Part shown: in pieces, positions 24,522-33,912 of the stretch
Numbering within the stretch: the stretch's first letter is position 1
How the letters are laid out: each line of letters begins with the position of its first letter
NCBI GenBank assembly: GCA_001816475.1
Contig: MHCC01000013.1
Span: 1-62,220 of the forward strand
Source of the DNA: Candidatus Blackburnbacteria bacterium RIFCSPLOWO2_01_FULL_40_20
GTDB taxonomy: Bacteria; Patescibacteriota; Microgenomatia; UBA8517; UBA10165
Direction of reading: 5' to 3'
Length of the DNA stretch: 62,220 nucleotides
Program-made: the position numbers and the translations under genes
The notes under the pieces: generated by a model
Database searches by the model: none
The model's input: the letters and a program-made list of their open reading frames with translations, nothing else
Told to the model about the DNA's origin: nothing

Positions 24522-26267
24522 TTATCTAGGCATTATTTTCAAGTATGGGAAAAGATCGTTAGCAATTGAAAACCAAAGCGGGGCAGCAGTTTGGGAAGCA
24601 AAAGGTGCAGCCTTGGGATCTTTAAGGGAAACGATCATTACAAATTTTGGATTGTCGGCTGGGGCAAAACCAATGAACGAGGCAATCGTTTTTTCTGGAT
24701 CATAATGTCCTGCTATCGGGACTTGGGCCGTTCCGGTTTTTCCTGCAACTTTTATTTGTTTTGGTTTAATCCACATATCTGAACGCGAGTCTACCGCAGA
24801 GGTCATCATGTCTGTTATTTGTCTGACAGCTTTAGGAGAAATAACCTGAACCGGACTAGGGTAGCGAACAGCCTCTTCCAAGTCTTGACTAACAACTTTG
24901 TCAACAACTCTAGGAGTTGGAAGTTTGCCGCCGTTTGCCAATACGGAAACTGCCCTAACCATTTGCATTGGAGTAACCGCTACACCTTGACCAAAACTAG
25001 CAGTTGCAAGGTCAATTGGCCTCCACTCTTTCTTTGGCCTCAGTGGGGGATTGGTCTCGCCCTGTAAATCTACACCTGTAGGTTGGCCTATTCCAAAACG
25101 AGTTATATAGTCATAAAATTTATCGATTCCCATTTTTTCAGAAACCCAAATCATTCCTACGTTGTCTGAATTTCTAATAATGTCAGCAGGGGTACTGTCT
25201 GGATGGTACTCTCCCGTTCCTGTACTTATCGTATACTCTGCAATTTTGCGCGGGCCGGAGCAGGTATCGCACTTATTATCTGGGTCCACCACCCCTGCAT
25301 CCAGTGCGGCAGCCATAACAAGCACTTTAAATATCGAGCCTGGTTCAAACGCCTCCCCTACTACTGGATCGATATAATCTTCTGATTTATATGTTGAAAA
25401 CCGAGAAGGATCGTAAGACGGAATAGACGCTGATGCCAAAATTGACCCGTCGCGGGGGTCTATAACAACTGCTAACCCGCTGACCGCGTCGTACTTGTTA
25501 ATTCCCTCGATTAAATGTTTTTCTGTGATAAATTGAACTGTTCTGTCAATTGTAGTTTTTAAATCCATCCCATCCATCGCGCCAACTTTTAGGCTTTCAC
25601 CTAAAACAATAGGATTCCCAAACGCATCCTTTTCCCAATCCCAAGCCCCCCTACTTCCAGAAAGAGTTAAGTCATAAAATCCCTCAAGCCCAAAGTAGCC
25701 CTTGTCTTGGCCTGCGCTATCTTTGCCCACAAACCCCAGCATCCTTGCGGCCATTGTACCCTCCGGGTATTCCATTGATTCTTGAGGATCAAACCCGATT
25801 CCTGAAATATTTAAGTTTTCAATTTGCTCTTTAATCTCTTTGCTTACTTTATGTTTAATGGGTACCCAATATGCGTTCTGCCGTTCTAAGAGCTTTTTGA
25901 TTCTATCCTTTTCGTCCTTTGCCAATTGCTCTCTAATCTTTCCTGAGTCAGAAGATTCCTCTATCTTTTCGTGAGCAATAAACAAGGTCGAAAGTTTATC
26001 TGCAACTATTTCTTTTTCTTTTATCCTTGAATTATTTGTCCAAACAAGGAACGACTCACGAGATGCAATTAAAGGAAAACCATCAGAAGCCAAAATTGAC
26101 CCCCTTTTTGCTTGCAGTGTGGTTGAGGTTTGGTGTTGAGAACGAGCAGCCGCAGCAAGTACGTCGGACTGCAATACTTGCCAAGTAAATAACCTAAAAA
26201 AAACAATCACTCCAGCTAAGAGGAATGCTGCCATTAAAAATCTTGTACGAACGTCTGAGGAAATCAT
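24522..26267 (-). CDS. ftsI: class B penicillin-binding protein (FtsI-like transpeptidase)
   Basis: N-terminal TM segment, EPGSIFKV (SxxK), NSDN (SxN), AGKTGTAQ (KTG). Confidence 0.9.
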   Translation of the reverse strand: MISSDVRTRFLMAAFLLAGVIVFFRLFTWQVLQSDVLAAAARSQHQTSTTLQAKRGSILASDGFPLIASRESFLVWTNNSRIKEKEIVADKLSTLFIAHEKIEESSDSGKIREQLAKDEKDRIKKLLERQNAYWVPIKHKVSKEIKEQIENLNISGIGFDPQESMEYPEGTMAARMLGFVGKDSAGQDKGYFGLEGFYDLTLSGSRGAWDWEKDAFGNPIVLGESLKVGAMDGMDLKTTIDRTVQFITEKHLIEGINKYDAVSGLAVVIDPRDGSILASASIPSYDPSRFSTYKSEDYIDPVVGEAFEPGSIFKVLVMAAALDAGVVDPDNKCDTCSGPRKIAEYTISTGTGEYHPDSTPADIIRNSDNVGMIWVSEKMGIDKFYDYITRFGIGQPTGVDLQGETNPPLRPKKEWRPIDLATASFGQGVAVTPMQMVRAVSVLANGGKLPTPRVVDKVVSQDLEEAVRYPSPVQVISPKAVRQITDMMTSAVDSRSDMWIKPKQIKVAGKTGTAQVPIAGHYDPEKTIASFIGFAPADNPKFVMIVSLKDPKAAPFASQTAAPLWFSIANDLFPYLKIMPR

Positions 26268-26560
26268 CGCGCCATCGCAACAGAGGTTGCAAAATCAGCA
26301 TAAACTACAGATGAGGATTTTACAAACCCTAAGGTTTGGGCTCTAGAAGAAACCTCCTGTAGTGAAGTCTTTTGCGCTAAATCTTGTTGAAGCTGTTGGT
26401 TTTCCCGCGCGAGATCTGAAGCGCGAGTTTTAAGTTTAGTCCACTCCATACCTTTCCCTGCATACATTCCTGTAATAATTATCTGAGCAAGTATTACAAT
26501 TCCTAACACCCCAAATACCCCATACCAAATCCTTTCTTTTGTTCTATTTATATTTTTCAT
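26264..26560 (-). CDS. ftsL: FtsL-like small bitopic division protein
   Basis: 98 aa, one TM segment plus a coiled-coil-like region (RENQQLQQDLAQK); located between rsmH and ftsI. Confidence 0.5.
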   Translation of the reverse strand: MKNINRTKERIWYGVFGVLGIVILAQIIITGMYAGKGMEWTKLKTRASDLARENQQLQQDLAQKTSLQEVSSRAQTLGFVKSSSVVYADFATSVAMAR

Positions 26561-27444
26561 ATCTTTTCTATCGCTCTTAACTTCGCACTTCTGGACCTTG
26601 GGTTATCTTTTATTTCCTCCTGGGTCGGAGCTAAAGGCTTTTTTACTAAAATTTTTACCTTATCTTTTTCTAACGTCTTTACAAAATCCTTTACAATCCT
26701 ATCCTCGCCCGAATGGAAACTTATTACTACAATCCTTCCACCAATTTTAAGGGTCTGGAATGCCTGCTCTAAACCATTCTTTAAATTTTCAAATTCATTG
26801 TTAACCACAATCCTCAAGCTCATGAAAACCTTTGTGGCAGGATGTATGTGGTTGGTTGTAAAACCCTTCCGTGCATATACATCCTCTACTAACTTTTTCA
26901 GATCTTGAGTTGTCAAAAACGGTTGATTTACTCGCCGGGATACAATTTGACGCGCGATCGATTGGGCAAGTCTTTCTTCTCCAACTTCTCTAAAAAGACC
27001 AACAAGTTGGTTTTCGGAAAGACTATTTATAAGATCTGCTGCTGTTACTCCCAAATTTGGATCAAGCCTCATGTCCAGCGGTCCTTCTTTAAGGAAAGAA
27101 AGTCCCCTTTCTGAGTCTTCTAATTGGAAGCTTGCAAATCCCAAGTCGAACAATACACCGTCGACATGAGTAAAACCCACACCTGAAGCAATTTTTTGAA
27201 GATTTGCGAAATTACCTTGAACTAACTTAAAAACACTAAAACCACTTTCATTAAGACGTTTTCTAGTGATGTTCAACGATACTGGGTCTTGGTCTATTCC
27301 CAAAACCTCTCCGCCCATCTTTAGTATTGCTTCAATGTGACCACCACCCCCAGTAGTAGCATCAATGAAACGTCTTCCCGGTTTTACATTCAGAAAGTCA
27401 ATAACTTCCTGTAGCATGACCGATTTATGCTCATTTGCTAACAA
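26557..27444 (-). CDS. rsmH: 16S rRNA (cytosine1402-N4)-methyltransferase
   Basis: FIDATTGGGGH, VDGVLFDLGFAS, ISFHSGEDRIVK. Confidence 0.95.
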   Translation of the reverse strand: MLANEHKSVMLQEVIDFLNVKPGRRFIDATTGGGGHIEAILKMGGEVLGIDQDPVSLNITRKRLNESGFSVFKLVQGNFANLQKIASGVGFTHVDGVLFDLGFASFQLEDSERGLSFLKEGPLDMRLDPNLGVTAADLINSLSENQLVGLFREVGEERLAQSIARQIVSRRVNQPFLTTQDLKKLVEDVYARKGFTTNHIHPATKVFMSLRIVVNNEFENLKNGLEQAFQTLKIGGRIVVISFHSGEDRIVKDFVKTLEKDKVKILVKKPLAPTQEEIKDNPRSRSAKLRAIEKI

Positions 27445-27445
27445 G

Positions 27446-27886
27446 TTAAGACCCTCCCCTATTGCTTTTTTGAACTTCTTCGATCAGAAGTTCTGCTTTG
27501 CCCGAAATTTCTTTTTCCTTTTCTTCCCAAATACTTTTATTCCAAATTTCAACTCTATCTCTCAAACCCACAAACACAATTTCTTCAGAAATTTGGGCAA
27601 TTTCTCGCAAAGGTAAAGGTATAACGATTCGACCTTGAGCGTCAAGTTCCTCTTCATACGCTCCCCCCAGTAAAAACCTTTCGGTTTCTCGTACGGGACG
27701 AGTCAAAAGAGAACCGCCTACTGCCAAGTCAAGAATTCGCTCCCAAGCTTTTGGACTAAAAATTGCAATTGATTGCTCGTACCAACGAGTAATCACTACC
27801 TTATCCCCAAGCTCTTTACGAAACCTTGCAGGAACCGCTGTCCTTCCCTTGTTACTTATTTTTGTATGATACTGCCCAATTAACAT
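27446..27886 (-). CDS. mraZ: division/cell wall cluster transcriptional regulator MraZ
   Basis: Two MraZ repeats: KISNKGRTAVPARFRKEL and LDAQGRIVIPLPLRE. Confidence 0.95.
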   Translation of the reverse strand: MLIGQYHTKISNKGRTAVPARFRKELGDKVVITRWYEQSIAIFSPKAWERILDLAVGGSLLTRPVRETERFLLGGAYEEELDAQGRIVIPLPLREIAQISEEIVFVGLRDRVEIWNKSIWEEKEKEISGKAELLIEEVQKSNRGGS

Positions 27887-27947
27887 GATTTTACAGATTT
27901 TTAAAGTGTGGGCAGGACCAGAAAATTGTTAAGGTTTGTAGTGATTG

Positions 27948-27975
27948 GGTGAAGTTATTCACCACTTTTCACCAC
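27948..27975 (-). promoter_or_regulatory. candidate MraZ operator: GTGGTGAA direct repeats with 10-bp period plus an inverted copy
   Basis: Plus strand: GGTGAA-GTTA-TTCACCAC-TT-TTCACCAC (27948-27975), about 70 nt upstream of mraZ. GTGG-type repeats at 10-bp spacing are the known MraZ site type. Confidence 0.45.
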
Positions 27976-27997
27976 TACTATCCATTATTAGCTATTT

Positions 27998-28020
27998 TTA
28001 ACACTTTTGTCAAGTGTTAA
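27998..28020. promoter_or_regulatory. perfect 9-5-9 palindrome TTAACACTT-TTGTC-AAGTGTTAA in the mraZ / 28071 divergent region
   Basis: Read directly. It ends 8 nt before the -35 box at 28029. Confidence 0.4.
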
Positions 28021-28028
28021 AGTGAATA

Positions 28029-28057
28029 TTGAAGTAAATTGTTATCAACGCTATAAT
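28029..28057 (+). promoter_or_regulatory. near-consensus sigma70 promoter TTGAAG-N17-TATAAT
   Basis: -35 at 28029-28034 and -10 at 28052-28057. The ATG at 28071 is only 13 nt past the -10 box. Confidence 0.6.
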
Positions 28058-28070
28058 AGCTACAATTCAA

Positions 28071-28442
28071 ATGGAACGTTTAACCGCTTCGTCAGACTCA
28101 ATAGCTAATACTAGAGAAGATCGAGTAGAATTTGCACTTATAACATGCATGTCTGAACTTCAGCCGCTTGATGTGATTAAGAGTCTGTTGTGTGGATCCG
28201 GTAGAGGAAGAGTGTATGTATGGTTCGTGCTCGCCAGAGACTTGACAACAGAGCAAATTCGCAATCCTCGTATTCAAAAACTTAATCCGATAACCTCGCG
28301 CTTTCAGAAAACTTTAGAAGATGTATTTGGTCGTGAAGTTCATATCGCGTACGTAGCCCCTTTTTCCCTTGATGCATTAAAATCACAATGTGAGAATATG
28401 GGTATTGAAACAGCCTACATTGAACTTAATCCTTTGAACTAA
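28071..28442 (+). CDS. hypothetical protein (123 aa)
   Basis: ORF with its own strong promoter. No recognisable motif. Confidence 0.45.
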   Translation: MERLTASSDSIANTREDRVEFALITCMSELQPLDVIKSLLCGSGRGRVYVWFVLARDLTTEQIRNPRIQKLNPITSRFQKTLEDVFGREVHIAYVAPFSLDALKSQCENMGIETAYIELNPLN

Positions 28443-29213
28443 TTATTTTGAAGTAAGAACAAAGACACCAAGAGAAGTTATCTTTCCAACTGAAACTTGG
28501 TTCCATTTTGAATTATTCCATTGATAAATTGTCCCCTGAACATCTCCAATCGTAACAGTCCCGCTAACCTTTTCGCTTCCTTTTGTAAAGACTCCAAAAG
28601 GGCCTGAAGAAACGTTCCCGTCAACCTTTCCTGGCAATCCAAATGTGTTCATTACTAAATAGTATGTACTTGGGGAAAGGACTGCATTATTGATTGCAAA
28701 ATCCGAACCTGAAAGTTTCAATTCCTTTCCTCCTTTTCGCAAATAGAATGGAGTTTCAAGTTTGGCAACAAGCCTACCTTGATTATCTCTAAACCTTAAG
28801 GTAAATGTTCCGTCGCTTACGCCCTCGTCATACCTACACTTGCCCGAAGAACAAGTTCCAAGAAGTAAGTCACGTTCAATCTTACTTTGATTATTAATTT
28901 TTATTGACCCTGGAACGCCTTGGGTAACACCGGAAGCAACTTTATAAACAAGCTCATATTCTAAAACCTCGGCACCAGAAGGAATCTTACTAATAGTTAG
29001 ATGAAATTCACGCCCATCTGCTCTTGGAATAAGAGTGGTGTAAGGACGTTCTTCGAGGGGGAGTTCTCTAAGCACTGTTTCTTTCACAACGTCGGGGTTT
29101 ACACCTTGTTTTTGACCAGGAGCTTGTGTGGATTTTTTCAAAAACAGGAATGCTCCCCCGATCAATCCAAGTCCAACTACAACTATTAAAACAATTGGCA
29201 GAATTTTTTTCAT
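28443..29213 (-). CDS. hypothetical N-terminally anchored extracytoplasmic protein
   Basis: MKKILPIVLIVVVGLGLIGGAFLFL is a TM/signal segment, then a beta-rich domain with CSSGKC. Its start overlaps the glyQS stop by 4 nt. Confidence 0.5.
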   Translation of the reverse strand: MKKILPIVLIVVVGLGLIGGAFLFLKKSTQAPGQKQGVNPDVVKETVLRELPLEERPYTTLIPRADGREFHLTISKIPSGAEVLEYELVYKVASGVTQGVPGSIKINNQSKIERDLLLGTCSSGKCRYDEGVSDGTFTLRFRDNQGRLVAKLETPFYLRKGGKELKLSGSDFAINNAVLSPSTYYLVMNTFGLPGKVDGNVSSGPFGVFTKGSEKVSGTVTIGDVQGTIYQWNNSKWNQVSVGKITSLGVFVLTSK

Positions 29214-30592
29214 TTACTCAATCCATTTTGAAACCAATCAAAAAGTTTGTCAACTCCCACTCTTTCCTGCTCTGCGCTGTCTCTATCTCTTACTGTTACC
29301 GTGTTATCCTCAAGCGTTTGGTAATCAACCGTTACGCACCAAGGAGTTCCTATTTCGTCCTGTGAGGCGTATCTTTTCCCAATATTACCTCGATCATCCC
29401 AAGAAACAGAGCCAAGTCTAAGTCTAAGATTATCATAAATTTCTCTTGCCTTTTTAACCAACTCAGGTTTGTTAGAAACCAATGGGAAAACTGCAACCCT
29501 GTAAGGTGCTAAGAAGTTTGGCAGCCTTAAAACAACTCTTCCTTTTTCGATATCCTCCCAATACGAGTTAAATAAAAGAATCGTGACCAAGCGTGATATT
29601 CCAAATGTTGGCTCAACAACATGGGGGATAAATTTTTCATTAGTTGCCTGGTCCATATAGCGCATATCTAAGCCTGACTTTTCCATATGGTTTTTTAGAT
29701 CAAAATCAGTTCTGTAAGCAAGTCCCCACATCTCTTTAAAACCCCAGGGGAATTGATATTCAAGGTCCTCAGTGCGCTTGGAATAATGAGATAGCTCTTC
29801 TTTTGTATGAGCACGCCACCTTAGCTTTTCTTCTTCAAGACCCAAAGAGAGAGCAAACTTGTACATTTCTTCTTTCCAAAAATCAAAAAACTTCTCCCAC
29901 TCATCTGGCCGAACAAAATATTCAAATTCTGCCAAGTCAAACTCAAGCGTACGGAAAGTAAACTTACCCATTGTAATTTCATTTCTGAAGGCTTTCCCAA
30001 GCTGTGCGAGTCCAAATGGCAGTTTGGGGTGGATGCTGTCAAGTATTTGTTTAAAGTTAACAAACATACCTTGAGCAAGCTCGCCTCTAAGATATGCTGT
30101 ATTCTTGTCGTTTGTAATAATACCAACTTTGGTCTCAAAAAGTTGATTAAATAGTCGAGATTTTGTCCATGCAACTTTGCCGCAGTTTGGACATTTAATT
30201 TTGTTTTCCGCAATAATCTGGTCCAGCTCCTCAAGAGGTTTACCTTCAACGTTCCCCAGATCGAGAAGCGCGTCCTCAATTAGGTGATCGGCCCGAGTAC
30301 GAAAATGGCAATTTGTACAATCAACCATAATATTTGTAAAACTCGCAGTGTGACCTGAGGCTTCCCATACTTTTGGACTCATCAATATTGAGCTATCCAG
30401 ACCAAACATGTCTTCTCGCCTTTCAACAAAATTGTTCCACCAGTAGTTTGAGAGGTTGCGTTTTAGCGCATTTCCTAACGGACCAAAGTCGTATGTATTT
30501 GCCAAACCACCATATATTTCCGAACCAGGAAAAATAAACCCCCGTCGTTTGGCCAAAGAAACCACCTTTTGCAATAAACCGTCGTTGCTCAT
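29210..30592 (-). CDS. glyQS: glycine--tRNA ligase (dimeric class II type)
   Basis: RRGFIFPGSEIYGGLANTYDFGPLG, FRNEITMGKFTFRTLEF; 460 aa. Confidence 0.95.
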   Translation of the reverse strand: MSNDGLLQKVVSLAKRRGFIFPGSEIYGGLANTYDFGPLGNALKRNLSNYWWNNFVERREDMFGLDSSILMSPKVWEASGHTASFTNIMVDCTNCHFRTRADHLIEDALLDLGNVEGKPLEELDQIIAENKIKCPNCGKVAWTKSRLFNQLFETKVGIITNDKNTAYLRGELAQGMFVNFKQILDSIHPKLPFGLAQLGKAFRNEITMGKFTFRTLEFDLAEFEYFVRPDEWEKFFDFWKEEMYKFALSLGLEEEKLRWRAHTKEELSHYSKRTEDLEYQFPWGFKEMWGLAYRTDFDLKNHMEKSGLDMRYMDQATNEKFIPHVVEPTFGISRLVTILLFNSYWEDIEKGRVVLRLPNFLAPYRVAVFPLVSNKPELVKKAREIYDNLRLRLGSVSWDDRGNIGKRYASQDEIGTPWCVTVDYQTLEDNTVTVRDRDSAEQERVGVDKLFDWFQNGLSK

Positions 30593-30670
30593 AAGTTATA
30601 TGGTATCAAAATTAGAGGACAACTACCACTTGAAGATTACGCTCGAAAAGACCTTCAGTCTTGTGTAACT

Positions 30671-31225
30671 CTAGCCATTTGAGAGTAATTGTAAAAATTT
30701 CTTAGTTCTTAACTTACCATTTATCAAATCCTCTATATACAAATCTAAATTTTTTGGAATTGGCTTTTCCCTTTCTAAAAATCCAAGTTCCTCAAGAGTT
30801 CGCACTTTAAATGCTTGGATAAAACCAAAAAGCTGCCAATAGCCAACGCTTGTTAAATGCCCATAGGACTCGATCAGCAAATCAAAAACTTCTCTGTGCT
30901 CTTGGTGTTCTGGAGTAAGTCTCCCCACAACCTCAGCCAAATGATATGCAACAGCAACTTTGGTTAAATCTTTCCGCCAAGAAAAACCATTTTTCACTTC
31001 TACTTCGGTAATCAAGTCCATGTTTTTGCCATTAACGGCAAAGAATTTAATGTAGTTAAAAAGTTCGAGTGCGCCTCTTTTCCTTGAAGTAGTTTTACGT
31101 ACACCTTTGGCAATCAGTCTGATTTTACCATAGTGTTTTGAGAATACCACCAAAATTCTGTCCGCCTCGCCATAATTTTTTCTTGATAATATTACTCCTT
31201 CTGAAGAATATGTTCTGTCTCTCAT
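30671..31225 (-). CDS. recO: DNA repair protein RecO
   Basis: EGVILSRKNYGEADRILVVFSKHYGKIRLIAKGVRK is a RecO N-terminal OB fold. Confidence 0.8.
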   Translation of the reverse strand: MRDRTYSSEGVILSRKNYGEADRILVVFSKHYGKIRLIAKGVRKTTSRKRGALELFNYIKFFAVNGKNMDLITEVEVKNGFSWRKDLTKVAVAYHLAEVVGRLTPEHQEHREVFDLLIESYGHLTSVGYWQLFGFIQAFKVRTLEELGFLEREKPIPKNLDLYIEDLINGKLRTKKFLQLLSNG

Positions 31226-31263
31226 GCAATCATTTTATCAGTCCAAGTCCAAAAGTTGTGAAG

Positions 31264-33219
31264 TTAAAATCGAAATTCTTTGTCGGTCTTAAGGTTGAAG
31301 TCTTCTTTTTGCCCATTTACTGAGACAGTATATGGGTTTGCGTTTGTTCCAGATTGCTTTTGTACCAAGATCTTATATCCGTCTTTTGAGGTAACGGGTG
31401 TCTTATACTTGAACTTCAACTCCTCAACACCCTCAGGTCGTAGAGTAAAGAACCCCTCAAATACAGTTTTACCCAAGTCTTCACTCGTAGTTACAGCAAC
31501 CTCAGACCCGGTACTGTCAATAATCGTTGATCCTTTGGGAACGTATACTCGTACCCAGTCTCGGTAAACTCCATTAAGCCACCCGTCAGCTTTTTGAGGA
31601 TTCTTATATTTAATTGTCAAAGTATTCGTATTTCCATCTTTACCAGGCTCAACAGACAAGGCAACTTCTTGTTGAACATACAAGTTAGATTTAGCCCCAG
31701 CAAAATTAGTGTCGTTAATGTGTAAGTAGTCCCCTTCGGGGTAGTCTTTAATTCGGCCCGCCAAATTAAATGACTCCATTGCTTTTTGAACATCACTTTC
31801 TCCAAAGTAGAAAAGTACATGCTTTTCAAGAAGAGAGTTAAACCCTGCTTGAAAAAGTCCAGGAATTTTTTCTTTTGGTTGGCCCATCGCATTTGCCAAA
31901 ATCGAGTTCATTAAAGGTCCCAAAATTGCTTTTCTGTTGTCGGAGTGAGGAGGCTTATAGACAATTTTTCCAGAGATGTCATCCCATACGATTGGCCCCG
32001 CGACATCAGCATATGACTCAAGCTCGTATATTACCCCAGGACAATTACATCTTGGGTTGTCCTCAGCATAAAAATTCCCAAATCCTGGAACACCTATACC
32101 CCCCATTACACGCAATATTTCGACAGCCAGAGCAGTATCAAGCGCAACAATTCCATCAACTTGGGGCGACTTTGTTTTGTCATAACTTTCCTTAAAAGTG
32201 TCCATTGAAACTTTAAAGTCCGGCGACAGGTTCATATCGCGCATGTTCCAAGTATTGACCAAAGGTAAATACTTTTTAATTGCTTCAGGAGCTGGTGCTT
32301 TGTTCTTTAATTTATTATCCAGGTTATAAATATCATTTGATGCAACTTGTTCGAATTTTCCATTTTTTACTTTAACAATGGCGTAAGCTGTCATAAATCC
32401 TCCGGTTGGACGAAGCTCTTTATCATTTTGGAACAATAAAAGGTATGTTCTTTCATTATCAATTCCCAGTAAATATGGAGCCTTCTCTAAAACTGGCTTT
32501 CCTCCAGTAACAAGCTCATGCATGCTATTTATCATTTCCTTTCCTTCTCTGATGGTTTTTCTCACAGGTTTTCCCTGGAAATATTCTGGATATCGATTGG
32601 GGTCAATCTTGTCGAACTCCTCAACCATTTTACCCGTCTTGGCGCTAATCGAGTCTAGCTGTGGAACAATGCTTTCAACTGTTTCCACAATGAAGTTAAT
32701 TCTGTCTTCTGCTGTTTGCGTACCGTCCAGCGCTTGCTCCCCGCCATTCAAACCTAAAATATCAGAATATGGTTCTGCAGTTTTTATTATTATTTCTCCT
32801 GCTTCAATTCCCGCCAATCCACCCCTACTCGCAGACTGCGCATCAGCTATGTAGCTACCAAAATAAGGAACTACTTTAATCCAACCCAATCTGTTCATGT
32901 TCCCGTCCAATGCCTGTAGATCTGACTTTACCTTTGATAGCGATGAAGTCATTTTGTCCAAATCCTGGCTTTGTGTTGCATCCTGAAGTTCTTTTGCTGA
33001 AACCATCAAAGTCTTTGCTGAGTTGTATGCGCCAAGACCTGGTAAAACTGCGAATATACCAAGAAACACTAATGGAGCGAGGAGGGCTCCGCCTACAATT
33101 CCTAATGTTTTTTTATGGATGGTTGCGCCTTTACCATCCTCGGACGGGAAACTGTGGAAGCCTGCATCTTGAGCTTCAGGGGTAATAACATCAGTTTTAA
33201 TTTTCTTCAATTTATCCAT
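31264..33219 (-). CDS. DUF4012-like membrane-anchored extracytoplasmic protein
   Basis: N-terminal TM segment. LLLFQNDKELRPTGGFMTAYAIVKVKNGKF resembles the DUF4012 core (recall). Often found next to glycan clusters. Confidence 0.55.
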   Translation of the reverse strand: MDKLKKIKTDVITPEAQDAGFHSFPSEDGKGATIHKKTLGIVGGALLAPLVFLGIFAVLPGLGAYNSAKTLMVSAKELQDATQSQDLDKMTSSLSKVKSDLQALDGNMNRLGWIKVVPYFGSYIADAQSASRGGLAGIEAGEIIIKTAEPYSDILGLNGGEQALDGTQTAEDRINFIVETVESIVPQLDSISAKTGKMVEEFDKIDPNRYPEYFQGKPVRKTIREGKEMINSMHELVTGGKPVLEKAPYLLGIDNERTYLLLFQNDKELRPTGGFMTAYAIVKVKNGKFEQVASNDIYNLDNKLKNKAPAPEAIKKYLPLVNTWNMRDMNLSPDFKVSMDTFKESYDKTKSPQVDGIVALDTALAVEILRVMGGIGVPGFGNFYAEDNPRCNCPGVIYELESYADVAGPIVWDDISGKIVYKPPHSDNRKAILGPLMNSILANAMGQPKEKIPGLFQAGFNSLLEKHVLFYFGESDVQKAMESFNLAGRIKDYPEGDYLHINDTNFAGAKSNLYVQQEVALSVEPGKDGNTNTLTIKYKNPQKADGWLNGVYRDWVRVYVPKGSTIIDSTGSEVAVTTSEDLGKTVFEGFFTLRPEGVEELKFKYKTPVTSKDGYKILVQKQSGTNANPYTVSVNGQKEDFNLKTDKEFRF

Positions 33220-33270
33220 TTGGCAATGAAAAGATCCACTTTTAAACTATACATGTTTCTTAAAATTATA

Positions 33271-33912
33271 TCAAACAGCCCCCTTGCCTGAAACCATCGC
33301 CCAGGGAGTTTTTGCTAATATTTTCACATCAAGAAACAGGCTCTTTTCTTTGGAATAGTATGCGTCAAGTGCAATCCGCTTGTTAAACGGCAACTCCGAC
33401 CTTCCTGAAACTTGCCATAGTCCAGTAATCCCAGGCTTTATAGACAAAACACGGGACACTGACTCTCGAGTCTTGGGGTATTTCTTTTGTTGATTATCAA
33501 GCTCCTCGGGGTAATATGGCCTAGGACCAATCAAACTCATCTCGCCTTTTAATACATTTACTAGCTGGGGTATCTCGTCTATAGAATACTTACGAATTAT
33601 CTTCCCAACAGGGGTAACTCGTGGATCATTCATAATTTTGTAATTACCCCTTTTTTGTTGTTCCTCATATGCCTTTTTGAACTTAGGATCAGTTTTTAGT
33701 AATTCATAGGCGTTAACAATCATCGACCTAAATTTGTAGGGGTAAAAAAGTTTTCCACCCTTTCCTACCCTTTTGGGAGTGTCGGCAAAAACAGGACCAG
33801 GTGAGGTAATTAATAGTGCTACGGCCGTAATTAGGAGTATCGGAAAAAAGAAAATTAACAAAGTTAAAGAAAGCACGATGTCTGTGGCACGCTTCATGTA
33901 GTCGTAATTCAT
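33271..33912 (-). CDS. polyprenyl-phosphate sugar-phosphate transferase (bacterial sugar transferase, WbaP/WecA-like small PGT)
   Basis: SPGPVFADTPKRVGKGGKLFYPYKFRSM, DEIPQLVNVLKGEMSLIGPRP. Confidence 0.9.
   Translation of the reverse strand: MNYDYMKRATDIVLSLTLLIFFFPILLITAVALLITSPGPVFADTPKRVGKGGKLFYPYKFRSMIVNAYELLKTDPKFKKAYEEQQKRGNYKIMNDPRVTPVGKIIRKYSIDEIPQLVNVLKGEMSLIGPRPYYPEELDNQQKKYPKTRESVSRVLSIKPGITGLWQVSGRSELPFNKRIALDAYYSKEKSLFLDVKILAKTPWAMVSGKGAV

Noticed and set aside
29821-30279. 152-aa minus-strand ORF in an alternative frame of glyQS
   Set aside because: It is fully embedded in glyQS, in a different frame. No support for it.
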